Below, one piece after another: positions 27,842 to 38,833 of a stretch of 64,000 nucleotides of DNA. The DNA lies in IMG/VR virus record IMGVR_UViG_3300032236_000747, positions 186,001-250,000 of that record. The stretch is one strand, 5' to 3'. The notes beneath the pieces were generated by a model, which was not told the DNA's origin, made no database searches, and worked only from the letters and a program-made list of their open reading frames with translations. Each line of letters opens with the position of its first letter. Position 1 is the stretch's first letter. The position numbers and the translations under genes are program-made.

Positions 27842-28260
27842 ATTAAGTCTAATAATAACTCGATCTTAGTTTTTATAGATCGGTTATTTAGGCTAGTTTT
27901 CACGCCCTGGTGCAATGGTCTAGGCCATGCGTTTAAATCGCACCATGCATATCCCGAATGCTCTTCATTGAGCGTCGGGATAAACTCTTTTTCGACTATC
28001 AAAATATAGGTATTGTATTGAAACTGTTGATCGTTGCTAGTGAATAGTTCCAAGGGAACTACTTTTTTTATAGCAGGCGTCTTACCTACTTCTTCTTCTA
28101 TTTCTCTTTTTAGTGCGTCATACGGCGTATGATCTTCGGGTTCTTTTTTCCCGCCAACAAGACCCCAGGTTCCTGCTGTTTTACCTTGAGTTCTTAACAG
28201 GAATAAAAATCTTTTTGTATCTTTTGTTAGAAATAAACCGCCACTACAAACTATCTGCAT
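27838..28260 (-). CDS. NUDIX hydrolase
   Basis: Nudix box WGLVGGKKE...ALKREIEEEVG. Confidence 0.9.
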   Translation of the reverse strand: MQIVCSGGLFLTKDTKRFLFLLRTQGKTAGTWGLVGGKKEPEDHTPYDALKREIEEEVGKTPAIKKVVPLELFTSNDQQFQYNTYILIVEKEFIPTLNEEHSGYAWCDLNAWPRPLHQGVKTSLNNRSIKTKIELLLDLI

Positions 28261-29643
28261 TTATAATACCAAACTCCAGGCACCTCTGTCATACACTCCT
28301 TCAAAGGATTTGGTCCATTGCTCACCGTCCCATTTGTATTGTATGCCTGTATATGTATTAGTTATATAGGTAGCTTCTGTAGTTTGTGCAGAATTGAAAA
28401 TAACAGACCAGTTAGTTCCATTAGTCTGTATAATATCGTTTGCGTTTGCTGTAAACTGTGTTGAATCAGCATTGCGCCAAGCGTGTGCCTCTGGCGGAAT
28501 ATCTTCTAGTATCAAATATCTAGTATTTGCTTTGAGGACTCCGGGGTTAAATGTTATTGGATTTATAATGGCATCTATAGTTCCTCTACCAGCAATAACA
28601 GTATTAGACGGAATAGTGTCTACGTCAAAGTTTAAATTTAACGCAAAATCATTTAATGGATTTAATGAAACAAACGCTACAATCTGTCCGCCACTAGGAG
28701 TAGTTAATCTGATTTGACTTAGTCCTGCTTTAAATTCGCCGGGATAGATATCTAGTAATGTTTGCCATTGTATACTGTGTACAGACGAAGGACTTGTTAG
28801 TCCATCATATATTGCTGGATCTTTAATAGGCAATAGTGTAGCAGTATTATCTAACACTAGTAAATCAAAGTTTCCGGGAGTAACTGTAGTGCGAGCAGTT
28901 GGGGTTTGTCCGTCAAACAAATCTATCAATCCACCATAAGTTGAGTAAGGTGCCTCTGCTAGTGATCCTGTTGGTTCTGCGTATATGTTAGCAATAATCT
29001 TAGTAATAATACCCATCTGTTTTACTTTAGCAGGAGGTGTGATCCAAATAGGACTAGTAAAACTTAGACTACAAACGCTGATGTCACTTTCTAATCCTTG
29101 TGGTATACTGCGACTTTCAAAGGTCATGCTAGATATTTCTAGATAACTTAAACTTGTCCAATCTAGATAGTTGTCTGAACTTTGTATTTCTAAAGCAGGA
29201 TTAAACAGTACAACTATCTGCTCCCATAGTTGTAGTTTTTGCTCAGTGTTTGTTGTCCATAGGTCGGCATTAAATGTAACCTTATATGGACTAGGCATAA
29301 TACGCTCTACGGTATAGTTCTTTCCTTGCGCATTATAATATTCAGTGCCGTCCGGTGTAGTAGCCCTTTCCCTGATTTGTATAGAATCAATGAATGTAGG
29401 ATCTTGGACTCGTTCTCTATCAAACTGTATGTCTTTAATATAGCAGCTAATAAAAGGTGCACTTTGAACTACGTTCTCGCTGTTCTTACTAACAATCTGC
29501 GCTACTTGCCTAGTCATGTCTCCATATCTTACAGGTACCTGTGTGAGATTGCCTTTAGCATCCTTGTAGCTAAAGTTACTCATTACACGAATAAACTGTG
29601 TAAGAAAACGTCTTACCTGTCCGTCATAAAAGAAATCACTCAT
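28261..29643 (-). CDS. Tail sheath stabiliser/terminator, T4 gp15-like, with a C-terminal extension
   Basis: FFYDGQVRRF, VPVRYG and PSPYKVTFNADLWTTNTEQKLQLWEQI.VLFNP. Lies next to the neck genes. Confidence 0.7.
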   Translation of the reverse strand: MSDFFYDGQVRRFLTQFIRVMSNFSYKDAKGNLTQVPVRYGDMTRQVAQIVSKNSENVVQSAPFISCYIKDIQFDRERVQDPTFIDSIQIRERATTPDGTEYYNAQGKNYTVERIMPSPYKVTFNADLWTTNTEQKLQLWEQIVVLFNPALEIQSSDNYLDWTSLSYLEISSMTFESRSIPQGLESDISVCSLSFTSPIWITPPAKVKQMGIITKIIANIYAEPTGSLAEAPYSTYGGLIDLFDGQTPTARTTVTPGNFDLLVLDNTATLLPIKDPAIYDGLTSPSSVHSIQWQTLLDIYPGEFKAGLSQIRLTTPSGGQIVAFVSLNPLNDFALNLNFDVDTIPSNTVIAGRGTIDAIINPITFNPGVLKANTRYLILEDIPPEAHAWRNADSTQFTANANDIIQTNGTNWSVIFNSAQTTEATYITNTYTGIQYKWDGEQWTKSFEGVYDRGAWSLVL

Positions 29644-30854
29644 AGGTTATCTGCTTTCGGTCTTAATGCTTTGCTTAGTGCTTGTTTTTCTTGTATTACA
29701 ACACCGCCAATGGTAGCAGTATTATTGTTATTAATAAAACTGCCTTTTTCTGTTTGATTGGTAGCTTTTCCTGCGTTTGCAGTACCTGGTGCTACATCCT
29801 TGGCGCCGAAGTTATCCAGCGTCATTCTTATACTTTTCTCTACAAATACCCAATGACTACCGTCCCATCTAAACATAGTATTTGGTACATAATCTATTCT
29901 TAGACAATACTGTCCTAGAACTGGATTACTTGGGAAAGTAATGCCCGATGTAATAGGAGCACCGTTCGGCGGTAACGCACCGTCTGTGAGATAACCCGCA
30001 TATTGTGTATGTGATGCTTCGGAGCTAGAACTTAATACAAAGCTAGCGTCAACAACATTGCCATCGGAACTAACATTTATATCACTGGTTGTATCACTAG
30101 CAGCTGATAATCCAGATTCAACCAACGGTACCACATAGTAAGCTGATGTATCATATCCGCTTCTCGGAACATCAAGCTCTGCCTGTTGTATAATAGCTTC
30201 GTTGATTTCTAAATTTTTATTGTATGTACTCAATACATCACGAAGAGTTTTATTACCATCACCGCTAGGAGAATCGAGGATTTCTTTAAACTCCTGACTA
30301 TCGACTAAAGGCTGGCATTTTGCTCTTAACAAATGCGGATACCAAGTTTGACTAAACCCTGTAGCAGCACGAGTAACGTCTGTAACAACGTAAAATCTCT
30401 TAAGAGCTACCATACTATCATCTAGCGCATATTCGTCTTTTAAATGCGGTAACTCTAATACATCGCCTGACATTATCTTACGTCCTAGCGCATCAAATGT
30501 AGTGCGTAAGTGAAACGTAATCATAATATTATCATTCTGTAAAAACAATCCAAACTGACTTAGATTAAAATCTATATCTGTCATTGAATATATTCCGCGC
30601 AGATGATAAACATCCGGATCGTAGTGCCTATCTCTATTTTCCATAAACAACAAATCTTGTATACCTAGTTCTGATATATAGTTTGCGTTATTAGGCACTG
30701 CTGCTGTGCTTTCTCCTTCTTGAGGATTAACAGGTCCCAGATATTTGTGAACAAAAATATCGGTTCCGCCAACTTGAAATTGTTCGTTGATTGTGCGGTC
30801 TAGGAATCTAAAGTCCGGACCTTTTTCTGGTTTGTAAAGTGATAGACGGGGCAT
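29640..30854 (-). CDS. Neck/head-closure protein, T4 gp14-like
   Basis: Start MPRLSLYK at ATG 30854, preceded by TATAAATA. Contains DLLFMENRDR, LSQFGLFL and GDVLELPH. Confidence 0.6.
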   Translation of the reverse strand: MPRLSLYKPEKGPDFRFLDRTINEQFQVGGTDIFVHKYLGPVNPQEGESTAAVPNNANYISELGIQDLLFMENRDRHYDPDVYHLRGIYSMTDIDFNLSQFGLFLQNDNIMITFHLRTTFDALGRKIMSGDVLELPHLKDEYALDDSMVALKRFYVVTDVTRAATGFSQTWYPHLLRAKCQPLVDSQEFKEILDSPSGDGNKTLRDVLSTYNKNLEINEAIIQQAELDVPRSGYDTSAYYVVPLVESGLSAASDTTSDINVSSDGNVVDASFVLSSSSEASHTQYAGYLTDGALPPNGAPITSGITFPSNPVLGQYCLRIDYVPNTMFRWDGSHWVFVEKSIRMTLDNFGAKDVAPGTANAGKATNQTEKGSFINNNNTATIGGVVIQEKQALSKALRPKADNL

Positions 30855-30861
30855 AGTAGTA

Positions 30862-30877
30862 TATTTATAGGTAAATA
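30862..30877. promoter_or_regulatory. Back-to-back late promoters
   Basis: TATAAATA on the minus strand (30862-69) and TAAATA on the plus strand (30872-77), in the 28-nt gap between divergent neck genes. Confidence 0.7.
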
Positions 30878-30882
30878 ATGGT

Positions 30883-31683
30883 ATGTCCGATTCAAATAAA
30901 AACACCAGAGAATACGAAGATTATCTAAAACAACTAGAAGTAGCACGGCAAGATGTTGTCGAATATATCCGTACCTTTTTGGCAGACGGAATGGTCGATG
31001 TTGAGTTAGATCCTAAACATTATAATATTGCTATTGATAGAGCGTTGGCAAAATATCGCCAGCGCAGCAGCAATGCCGTAGAGGAAAGTTTTGGATTTCT
31101 TACCCTAGAAATAGATCAAAATGAATATATTTTACCCAGCGAAGTAACTGGGGTTAGAGAAATATTCCGTCGTAGTATTGGTAGTAGAACAGGTGGCGGA
31201 GATGGCGGCAGTTTATTTGAACCTTTTAACCTGGCATATTCTAACACCTACTTGTTAAGCACAAGTAACATGGGCGGACTAGCAACCTACTATATGTTTG
31301 CTAGCTATCAAAAGGAAGTTGGTAAACTATTTGGTAGTTACATTCTATTTGATTTTAACCCAGTAACTAAAAAACTTCGCATAACACAACGCCCTAGGGG
31401 ACAAGAAAGTGTGTTGCTATGGATGTATAATCGTCGCCCAGATTTCCAGTTATTCTCGGATCCATATTCCGGTATTTGGTTAAAAGACTACGCACTCGCT
31501 AATGCTAAGATCATGCTAGGTGAAGCCCGCGAAAAGTTTGCTACCATTGCTAGCCCACAAGGCGGTACACAACTAAACGGTGCTGCCCTCAAATCTGAAG
31601 GGCTTGCTGCCATTGAAAAACTTGAAGAAGCACTTAAAAATAACGAAGATAATCAACAGCCAATGTGGTTCACAAGGGGTTGA
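30883..31683 (+). CDS. Neck protein, T4 gp13-like
   Basis: VDVELD...AIDRAL, WLKDYALANAKIMLGEAREKF and GGTQLNGAALKSEG. Confidence 0.8.
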   Translation: MSDSNKNTREYEDYLKQLEVARQDVVEYIRTFLADGMVDVELDPKHYNIAIDRALAKYRQRSSNAVEESFGFLTLEIDQNEYILPSEVTGVREIFRRSIGSRTGGGDGGSLFEPFNLAYSNTYLLSTSNMGGLATYYMFASYQKEVGKLFGSYILFDFNPVTKKLRITQRPRGQESVLLWMYNRRPDFQLFSDPYSGIWLKDYALANAKIMLGEAREKFATIASPQGGTQLNGAALKSEGLAAIEKLEEALKNNEDNQQPMWFTRG

Positions 31684-31728
31684 CATTTACATCTAGTTGT
31701 AATAAATTATAGTATCGCAGGGGATGCT

Positions 31729-32379
31729 ATGATTATAGGTTTTGTAGGTTTTATAGGCTCTGGCAAAGATACAGCCGCCGACTATTTGGTTAACTATCAC
31801 GGATTTAGAAGAGACAGTTTTGCTAATACATTAAAAGATGCTGTTAGCCAAGTGTTCGGTTGGGACAGGATTATGTTAGAAGGCCGAACAGCAGAAGCCC
31901 GTAAATGGCGAGAACAGGTAGATCCTTGGTGGTCAGGACGACTAGCTATGCCTAATCTTACTCCTCGATGGGTATTACAACAATGGGGTACCGAAGTATG
32001 TCGCGCAGCTTTTCATGACGACATTTGGATCGCAAGTTTAGAAAACAAAATGCGTAAAACAGAAGATAACATTGTTATCTCAGATGTACGTTTCCCCAAT
32101 GAAATAAAAGCCATACACAACGCAGGTGGACTAGTTATACGCATTAAAAGAGGACCTGACCCTGATTGGTATGATTCAGCGGTTAGTGTAAATCGAGGAC
32201 CTGCCGGAAACTCTACATGGTCAATAAGTTTAGAAAAACTTAAAAAACTAGGTATTCACGCAAGCGAAACAGCATGGGTAGGTGGTAATATTGATCACAC
32301 TGTTTCCAACGATTCTAGTGTTGACGACCTATTTGATCAAATTAAAAATCTGGTGTCAAATCGCCTTGACGCCACTTGA
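31729..32379 (+). CDS. Deoxynucleoside monophosphate kinase (T4 gp1-like)
   Basis: GFIGSGKDT, SFANTLKD, TPRWVLQQWGTEVCR, ISDVRFPNE and HASE. TTGACA-17-TAAATT at 31680-31708. Confidence 0.9.
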   Translation: MIIGFVGFIGSGKDTAADYLVNYHGFRRDSFANTLKDAVSQVFGWDRIMLEGRTAEARKWREQVDPWWSGRLAMPNLTPRWVLQQWGTEVCRAAFHDDIWIASLENKMRKTEDNIVISDVRFPNEIKAIHNAGGLVIRIKRGPDPDWYDSAVSVNRGPAGNSTWSISLEKLKKLGIHASETAWVGGNIDHTVSNDSSVDDLFDQIKNLVSNRLDAT

Positions 32380-32680
32380 GGCCTTCGTCGTGTAGAAGCC
32401 TCTGACAGTTAGCACAAACTGTTTTGAGATTAGTATGTCGACAGTTATCTAAATCTCCGTCTAGGTGAAATACATTAAACTGCTTTGCATACCTGCTGGC
32501 AAATCCACATTTGTCGCATTTGAGTTTTAGTTTATAGCCTGCCTTGGCCCAACGAGGTACTCCGTCACTGTTACCCCTAGCACAGTGATCGCATTGACTT
32601 CTGTAGTAAGTCCTTCCTTCTTTGTGATAGTTGACTGCTCTAGGTCTACTTCCGCATTTTTTACACAATAATCTAGACAT
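32342..32680 (-). CDS. Small zinc-ribbon HNH-like protein
   Basis: Four CxxC pairs and HLDGDLDN...NLKTVCANCQ. Confidence 0.7.
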   Translation of the reverse strand: MSRLLCKKCGSRPRAVNYHKEGRTYYRSQCDHCARGNSDGVPRWAKAGYKLKLKCDKCGFASRYAKQFNVFHLDGDLDNCRHTNLKTVCANCQRLLHDEGLKWRQGDLTPDF

Positions 32681-32779
32681 TCGCGCCCTTTACCTGCCCT
32701 TTTGTACCAGTATTTAACCGGTAAAAAATCTCAGGAATCACTAAATAATACAAAGTGATCCAATTTAGGAGATTCGACA

Positions 32780-35700
32780 ATGGCAACAACACTACAATCA
32801 CCAGGCGTTAATGTAAGCGTAATAGACGAGAGTTTTTATACTCCAGCAGCACCTGGTACAGTTCCGATGATATTTGTAGCATCGGCAGCAAATAAAATAA
32901 ACAGTTCCGGAGTTATTGCTCAAGGAACTATCCCAGCAAATGCTGGAAAAGTATATACAATCAGCAGCCAGCTAGATCTAGCAAATACGTTCGGAACTCC
33001 GTTGTTCCCAACTGATAGTCAAGGCAATAGCATTAATGGCGGCGAACAAAACGAATACGGTCTACAAGCAGCTTATAGTTCTTTAGGTGTTAATAGCCAA
33101 GCGTTTGTAGTTAGAGCAAACATTGACCTAAGTCAACTAACCGCCAGTGCTAGTGTTCCTACAGGACTTCCTGTCAACGGAACATACTGGGTAGATACAA
33201 GTAATACACAGTTTGGCATCTACGAGTGGGATGCAGTAAACAAGGTATTCACATTACAAACTCCTCTAGTTATCGACGATAGCAACTCTGCTACTGATAC
33301 AGTCGACGGCATGACTCCTAGTGCTAGCTTTGGTACAATCGGTGCTTATGCTGTAGTTGCTACAAGTATGAACGAATGCCAAGTATGGTACAAAAACGCA
33401 GGCAATAATTGGGTTGTTGTTGGATCTAATGCTGAATCGTTGTTCGGTACAAGTATTTCCGGATACACATTTAAATCTACTTCATGGCAAACTAGCTACC
33501 CACTAGTAACTAGCACAGGTATTGTTGGCCTAACAGGTGGTTCAACATTTACTATTAACGGCACAACAGTTACTATTGGTTCGACATCAACTAACTCTGT
33601 TGCTACAACTATTAACACATTAATGCCACAACACGGCGTTGGCGCAAAAGTTAACAGCGACGGTCTTTTAGAGCTATACGCAGATGCTACAGCAAACAGT
33701 GGTGCAGGAACTATTGTTATTTCCGGTACTGCTGGAACTATTACTGCCCTAGGTTTAACAGCAGGTACATATGTACCTACAGCACTAACACTAGCACCAC
33801 ATACACAAGTTCCTAAATATGCTAGCCTAGGTGTACCAAGCGGTAGCGTTTACATCAAAACTACTTCTGCTAGCATTGGTGCAAACTGGGTTATCAAACT
33901 ATACAACAGCGTTACAGGTAGTTGGAGTACAAAATCTGCTCCTATATACAGCGGATCAGATAAAGCAATCTACGCACTTGATGCAGTAGGTGGCGGAGCA
34001 AATATTGCTGTTGGCACATTATTTGTTGAAAGCAACTATGATGGCGGAACCGGATCTGCCGGCAAGCCACAACTAGCAGAATTTAAAATACTACGTAGAT
34101 CAGCAGTCAAGCCTACAACAATCACTGGCGGCGCAAGTGTTAGTTCTTTTACTATTCACAGAGGCGCAAGCACAGTTACTACAGTTTATAGCTTTGCTAT
34201 TGAAGAAACTATTCCAGGAGTAGCCGGATATCAAAATACAGCAACAATCACCGTTGCTAGTATTCCTCCAACTACCGGAACAACAAGCGTAACAGTTAGT
34301 GGTTCTAGTATTGTTACTCAAATCAGCGCAGCAGGATTCCAAGAAGTTAGTGCAAGTATTAGCAGCAGCGGTTATATTTCGATTAACCATGCTACTGGAG
34401 GCGACTTCCACTTAACTGATAACGGAGCGGTTGCTATTCTAAACACTTTAGGATTTACAGCAACTGGAAATACTCCTACAGCTAATCTATATGCTGCCGG
34501 CGCTTATGACAGCTATACATTCAAAGCAAGTAACTGGGCACCGCTGGTGTTCGAAGCATCTACTACAGAACCAGTTACTGATCCAGCTAACGGACAGCTA
34601 TGGTACGGTAGCAATCTAGAAGAAGTTGATATTTTATATCACAACGGTACAACATGGGTTGGTTACCACTACGCTGGCGGCGGATTCCAAGGTGTTGACG
34701 CTGCGTTCCCTAACAGTGATCCTAACGGACCAATCGTATCAGCTACTCAACCTACTACACAAAGTGATGGTACTCCTTTAGTTGATGGAGATATTTGGAT
34801 TGATTCTAGTGCTACTCATACATACGGACAAACTATCTATGTTTACAACGGAAACTCCTTAACTTGGGTACTACAAGATCCTACTGATCATGTTACTCCT
34901 AATGGATGGGTATTTGCTGACGCACGTTGGGCAACAACTGGCCAAGCAATGGAACCAAGCACTATCAAAGCATTACTAGCTAGTAACTATCTAGATCCAG
35001 ACGCACCTGATCCTGCACTATACCCAGAAGGCACACGTCTATGGAACCTACGTCGTAGCGGATTTAACGTTAAGAAATACGAAGTAGGTTATATTGATAT
35101 CTATGCTAACAACGGTAAGAATATTCGTTATCAAAATGATCCAACTGATGGATCTAATGATACTATGCCTTACGCAACAAATCGTTGGGTAACTGTAAGC
35201 CCTAACGATCATCTAGGTCGTGGTTCATTTGGACGTCATGCGCAACGCGGTTTTGTTGTAGCAAGTCTAAAGTCGTTAATCGATACAAATGCAACTATCC
35301 GCGATACAGATACAGTTGTATACAACCTAATCACATGTCCAGGCTATCCAGAGACTATTCAAAATATGATAGGTCTTAATGCTGATAGAGGTTATACAGC
35401 ATTCGTAGTTGGCGATACTCCATTCCGTCTAGCTAGCGATGCAACATCATTGTCTAACTGGGGTAACAATACAGCTAACGCAGTTGATAACACTGAAGAA
35501 GGTTCAGTATCATACGATGATTACATGGGTATGTTCTATCCAAGTGGTTATACAAATGATAACACAGGAAACTATATCGTTGTTCCACCAAGCCACATGA
35601 TGCTACGCACTATTATTGAAAGCGATCAAAAGAGCTATCAATGGTTTGCTCCTAGTGGAGTTAACAGAGGCGCAATCAACAACGCAACAGCCGTTGGATA

Positions 35701-36211
35701 TGTTGACGTAGCTGGTGATTTTATCAAGGCAGCATTGCCACAAAGCACACGTGATGTAATGGCAAAGAATGGTAAGATTAATCCATTAGCTACGCTAAAC
35801 GGTGTTGGTATTGTTAACTACGGTAACTATACAAGATCACATGCAGCCAGCGCATTGGATAGAATTAACGTGGCTCGTTTAGTAGCTTATCTAAGACGTC
35901 AACTAAGCATCTTGGCTCAACCATACTTGTTTGAACCAAATGATGCCAGCACACGTCAAGCTATTAAGAACGCAGCTGATAGTTTGTTTATCGAACTAGT
36001 AGGACAACGTGCAATCTATGACTACATTGTAGTTTGCGATACAAGCAATAACACACCAGCAAGGATTGATAGATCTGAGCTATGGATGGATGTTGCTATT
36101 GAACCAGTTAAAGCAGTTGAGTTCATCTACATTCCGATGAGACTATTGAATACGGGTGCTATTGCTTCCGGTAATCTAGGCGCTGGATTCCCTGGATCGA
36201 AAAACGCTTAA
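32780..36211 (+). CDS. Contractile tail sheath protein (T4 gp18-like) with large insertions
   Basis: LQSPGVNVSVIDES start; C-terminal CPGYPE, VPPS, WFAPSGVNRG, DRINVARL, FEPND, VCDTSNNTP and IEPVKAVEFIYIP. Confidence 0.95.
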   Translation: MATTLQSPGVNVSVIDESFYTPAAPGTVPMIFVASAANKINSSGVIAQGTIPANAGKVYTISSQLDLANTFGTPLFPTDSQGNSINGGEQNEYGLQAAYSSLGVNSQAFVVRANIDLSQLTASASVPTGLPVNGTYWVDTSNTQFGIYEWDAVNKVFTLQTPLVIDDSNSATDTVDGMTPSASFGTIGAYAVVATSMNECQVWYKNAGNNWVVVGSNAESLFGTSISGYTFKSTSWQTSYPLVTSTGIVGLTGGSTFTINGTTVTIGSTSTNSVATTINTLMPQHGVGAKVNSDGLLELYADATANSGAGTIVISGTAGTITALGLTAGTYVPTALTLAPHTQVPKYASLGVPSGSVYIKTTSASIGANWVIKLYNSVTGSWSTKSAPIYSGSDKAIYALDAVGGGANIAVGTLFVESNYDGGTGSAGKPQLAEFKILRRSAVKPTTITGGASVSSFTIHRGASTVTTVYSFAIEETIPGVAGYQNTATITVASIPPTTGTTSVTVSGSSIVTQISAAGFQEVSASISSSGYISINHATGGDFHLTDNGAVAILNTLGFTATGNTPTANLYAAGAYDSYTFKASNWAPLVFEASTTEPVTDPANGQLWYGSNLEEVDILYHNGTTWVGYHYAGGGFQGVDAAFPNSDPNGPIVSATQPTTQSDGTPLVDGDIWIDSSATHTYGQTIYVYNGNSLTWVLQDPTDHVTPNGWVFADARWATTGQAMEPSTIKALLASNYLDPDAPDPALYPEGTRLWNLRRSGFNVKKYEVGYIDIYANNGKNIRYQNDPTDGSNDTMPYATNRWVTVSPNDHLGRGSFGRHAQRGFVVASLKSLIDTNATIRDTDTVVYNLITCPGYPETIQNMIGLNADRGYTAFVVGDTPFRLASDATSLSNWGNNTANAVDNTEEGSVSYDDYMGMFYPSGYTNDNTGNYIVVPPSHMMLRTIIESDQKSYQWFAPSGVNRGAINNATAVGYVDVAGDFIKAALPQSTRDVMAKNGKINPLATLNGVGIVNYGNYTRSHAASALDRINVARLVAYLRRQLSILAQPYLFEPNDASTRQAIKNAADSLFIELVGQRAIYDYIVVCDTSNNTPARIDRSELWMDVAIEPVKAVEFIYIPMRLLNTGAIASGNLGAGFPGSKNA

Positions 36212-36234
36212 ATAAAAGAACAAGGAGCATTTTG

Positions 36235-36849
36235 ATGGCAATATCAAGTTTATTAAATTATACAGTACCAGGAGCAGACGGCACTAAAGGCCAAGGCCTT
36301 TTAATGCCTAAACTGAAATATCGTTTCAGGGTAAGCTTCATTAACTTTGGTGCTGACAACGCAACATATCAGATGACTAAGCAAGTTGTTAGCGCAGGCC
36401 GTCCTAGTGTTTCGTGGGAAAACGTAGAGCTTAACGTATATAACAGCAAAATTAACTATGCTGGAAAGTATACATGGGAAGCTGTACAAGTCGTTCTAAG
36501 GGACGATATCAACAACGAAGTTACTAAGTTAGTTGGCCAACAAGTTCAGAAACAGTTCGACTTCATGGAACAATCTAGTGCCGCTAGCGGTAGCGATTAT
36601 AAGTTCCAAATGAACATCGATATCCTAGACGGCGGTAATGGCGCACAAGCCGCTAACGTTCTAGAAACTTTTGAACTGTATGGTTGCTACATCCAAAAAG
36701 TAGCATATCAACAAGGCGATTACAAAGTCAGCGATCCAATGGATATTACAATGGATATCAAGTTTGATAACGCATTACAAACTAACACACCTGGCGGCAT
36801 TGGCACAGATGTTGGTAGAGCATTCGGTGGTGTTTTAGCTAGTAACTAA
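36235..36849 (+). CDS. Tail tube protein (T4 gp19-like)
   Basis: Follows the sheath gene; AAGGAG RBS. Contains PKLKYRFRV, YAGKYTW and ETFELYGC. Confidence 0.85.
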   Translation: MAISSLLNYTVPGADGTKGQGLLMPKLKYRFRVSFINFGADNATYQMTKQVVSAGRPSVSWENVELNVYNSKINYAGKYTWEAVQVVLRDDINNEVTKLVGQQVQKQFDFMEQSSAASGSDYKFQMNIDILDGGNGAQAANVLETFELYGCYIQKVAYQQGDYKVSDPMDITMDIKFDNALQTNTPGGIGTDVGRAFGGVLASN

Positions 36850-36861
36850 TATACCCAAAAT

Positions 36862-36886
36862 AAAAGGCCCTTCGGGGCCTTTTTTT
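36862..36886 (+). terminator. Intrinsic terminator with a UUCG tetraloop
   Basis: AAAAGGCCC-TTCG-GGGCC-TTTTTTT. Confidence 0.9.
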
Positions 36887-36903
36887 ATCACATAAATATT
36901 ATC

Positions 36904-38004
36904 ATGAGTGATTTAACTTCGTTTCTTTCAAGCGTACTGTCCGAAGGGTGGATGCGTGATCAACAACACGCAAGCAGATTATATAGACAAGATAATCTAT
37001 ACGATTTAGCCCCTAAAACAACTTGGATATATTATGTTTCTTTTAAAATAAATCCTGCCATTACAAAATATTTAGACCCGTCGTGGTATACTAGATATGT
37101 TACAAATAACGTAATAGGTCAGTTAGTTAAATCCGCAGACCTTCCTAAATATACCGTTACTACTGAAACTCTTAATCAGTATAACAGAAAAACACAGGTA
37201 CAAACTAAACTAGAATACCAACCAATATCTATCACATTACATGATGATATGGCAAACTCTACAAATGATTTGTGGTTCAACTATTTTAGATATACCAATG
37301 CCGATGGAACTTATAGCAAGCCATCTAAAGGTGCAAGTCAATATTCAGTAAAACCTGCTGAATGGGGTAATACAAAATACGATACTATGCCTAATAGATA
37401 TGGTTTTGATCCGGAAGCAAACGAACCATTCTTTGATAACATAACAATATACCTGTTAAACAAACAAAGGTATCTAAGTTTTACACTTGTTAATCCTATT
37501 ATAAAAGAGTGGCGCCACGGTGAAGTTGACCAAACACAGGCTAATAAACTTCTTGATAGTAGAATGACAGTAGTCTATGAAACTGTACTGTACGGCAAAG
37601 GTCATGCAGGAACCATGGAACCTGCGTTTAACAAGAATCACTATGATAAGACACCTAGTCCACTAAGTATTGCTGGAGGCGGTGCTGCTAACTTATTTGG
37701 TGCTGGTGGTGTGGTAGCAGGAGCTACAGGTATATTCGGCGAAGGCGGAAGTCTAGCATCGGCATCAAGTCCATGGGATTATGCCAAGGTAGCTATTCAA
37801 ACAGCAAACCTAGCAAAGAATGTTAGTAATCTAAATAGCAAGGCTAGCATTAATGAAGTTTTAGGTCTTGGAGTCAGTGCTATCACTGGCGCTGCTCAAA
37901 ATATTAGATCCGGTCAATCACCGACTGGTGGTGGCCTACAAATACTAACTCCAACGCTTAATAATACTATTCAAGCATCACGAACATCAGTTACTGGAAA
38001 ATAA
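36904..38004 (+). CDS. Tube-fold baseplate/tail tube initiator protein (gp48/gp54-like)
   Basis: VKSADLPKY...NQYNRK...YQPISITLHDD resembles tube-fold proteins. Follows the tube gene; TAAATA at 36893. Confidence 0.55.
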   Translation: MSDLTSFLSSVLSEGWMRDQQHASRLYRQDNLYDLAPKTTWIYYVSFKINPAITKYLDPSWYTRYVTNNVIGQLVKSADLPKYTVTTETLNQYNRKTQVQTKLEYQPISITLHDDMANSTNDLWFNYFRYTNADGTYSKPSKGASQYSVKPAEWGNTKYDTMPNRYGFDPEANEPFFDNITIYLLNKQRYLSFTLVNPIIKEWRHGEVDQTQANKLLDSRMTVVYETVLYGKGHAGTMEPAFNKNHYDKTPSPLSIAGGGAANLFGAGGVVAGATGIFGEGGSLASASSPWDYAKVAIQTANLAKNVSNLNSKASINEVLGLGVSAITGAAQNIRSGQSPTGGGLQILTPTLNNTIQASRTSVTGK

Positions 38005-38006
38005 TT

Positions 38007-38381
38007 ATGACACTCTACAATAACGTTCCTAAAAGTTCTATCAAGTCTAGTTCTGATGCAACAGTTCAATACTTCAACACATTTTATCAAACGCCTATAT
38101 ATCTTAACGACGCTGATATAGCTGCGGTTACTGGTTTCTTTGAGACTAATGGGTTCGATCATCAAAGCGCAGATTCAGTTGCTATGATTATATTAAGTCA
38201 AGCAAAGTCCAGCAATATAAATGCTTTTCAACTTCTAGATAGTCTTAAACAACTAGACGGAGTTGGATTAAGCACACTAGTAGGGCAAGTTATGAACTAC
38301 AATAGATTTAAAACTAGTAGTCTAGGAACATCTAATATGTTATCTACTGCCGATGAAATACAAAGAAATATATTAGCATGA
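38007..38381 (+). CDS. Hypothetical protein in the tail module
   Basis: 124-aa ORF translationally coupled to its neighbours. Confidence 0.6.
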   Translation: MTLYNNVPKSSIKSSSDATVQYFNTFYQTPIYLNDADIAAVTGFFETNGFDHQSADSVAMIILSQAKSSNINAFQLLDSLKQLDGVGLSTLVGQVMNYNRFKTSSLGTSNMLSTADEIQRNILA

Positions 38382-38818
38382 GCATGAAATTTAGTCAGGG
38401 ATTCTACAAACTTAAGAATCCAGAAAAATACATAGGCCTAGGTACACCACGTTTTCGTTCTAGTTGGGAATTCAGCGTAATGAAGATGTGTGATGAAAAC
38501 GAAGCTATTAATCAATGGGCCAGTGAAAGCATTAAGATACCTTATAGAGATCCTCTAACAGGAAAAGCTACAATATATGTTCCTGATTTTTTAGTTGTGT
38601 TTGTTGACAACAAAAAGAATAAGCGTGCCGAAGTATGGGAAGTAAAACCCGTTAATCAAACCCTAAAAGAACATGTAGGAAAGAACCCCTATAATCAAGC
38701 CCAGTATGTTAAGAACATGGTTAAATGGGCTGCTGCCAAAGCATACTGTAGTCAAAATGGAATGAAGTTTAGAATCATAACCGAACACGATCTTTATCAC
38801 TCTGGTAAGAAGATGTAA
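38378..38818 (+). CDS. Head completion nuclease (T4 gp4-like, TnsA-type PD-(D/E)xK)
   Basis: KNPEKYIG, RSSWE, WASE, YVPDF, EVKP, KWAAAKAYC and FRIITE. Confidence 0.9.
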   Translation: MSMKFSQGFYKLKNPEKYIGLGTPRFRSSWEFSVMKMCDENEAINQWASESIKIPYRDPLTGKATIYVPDFLVVFVDNKKNKRAEVWEVKPVNQTLKEHVGKNPYNQAQYVKNMVKWAAAKAYCSQNGMKFRIITEHDLYHSGKKM

Positions 38819-38833
38819 CCGGTAAATACCAGT

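Noticed and set aside
32342-32680. Mobile homing endonuclease or intron
   Set aside because: The ORF is free-standing and short, interrupts no gene and has its own late promoter motif; no intron structure is evident.
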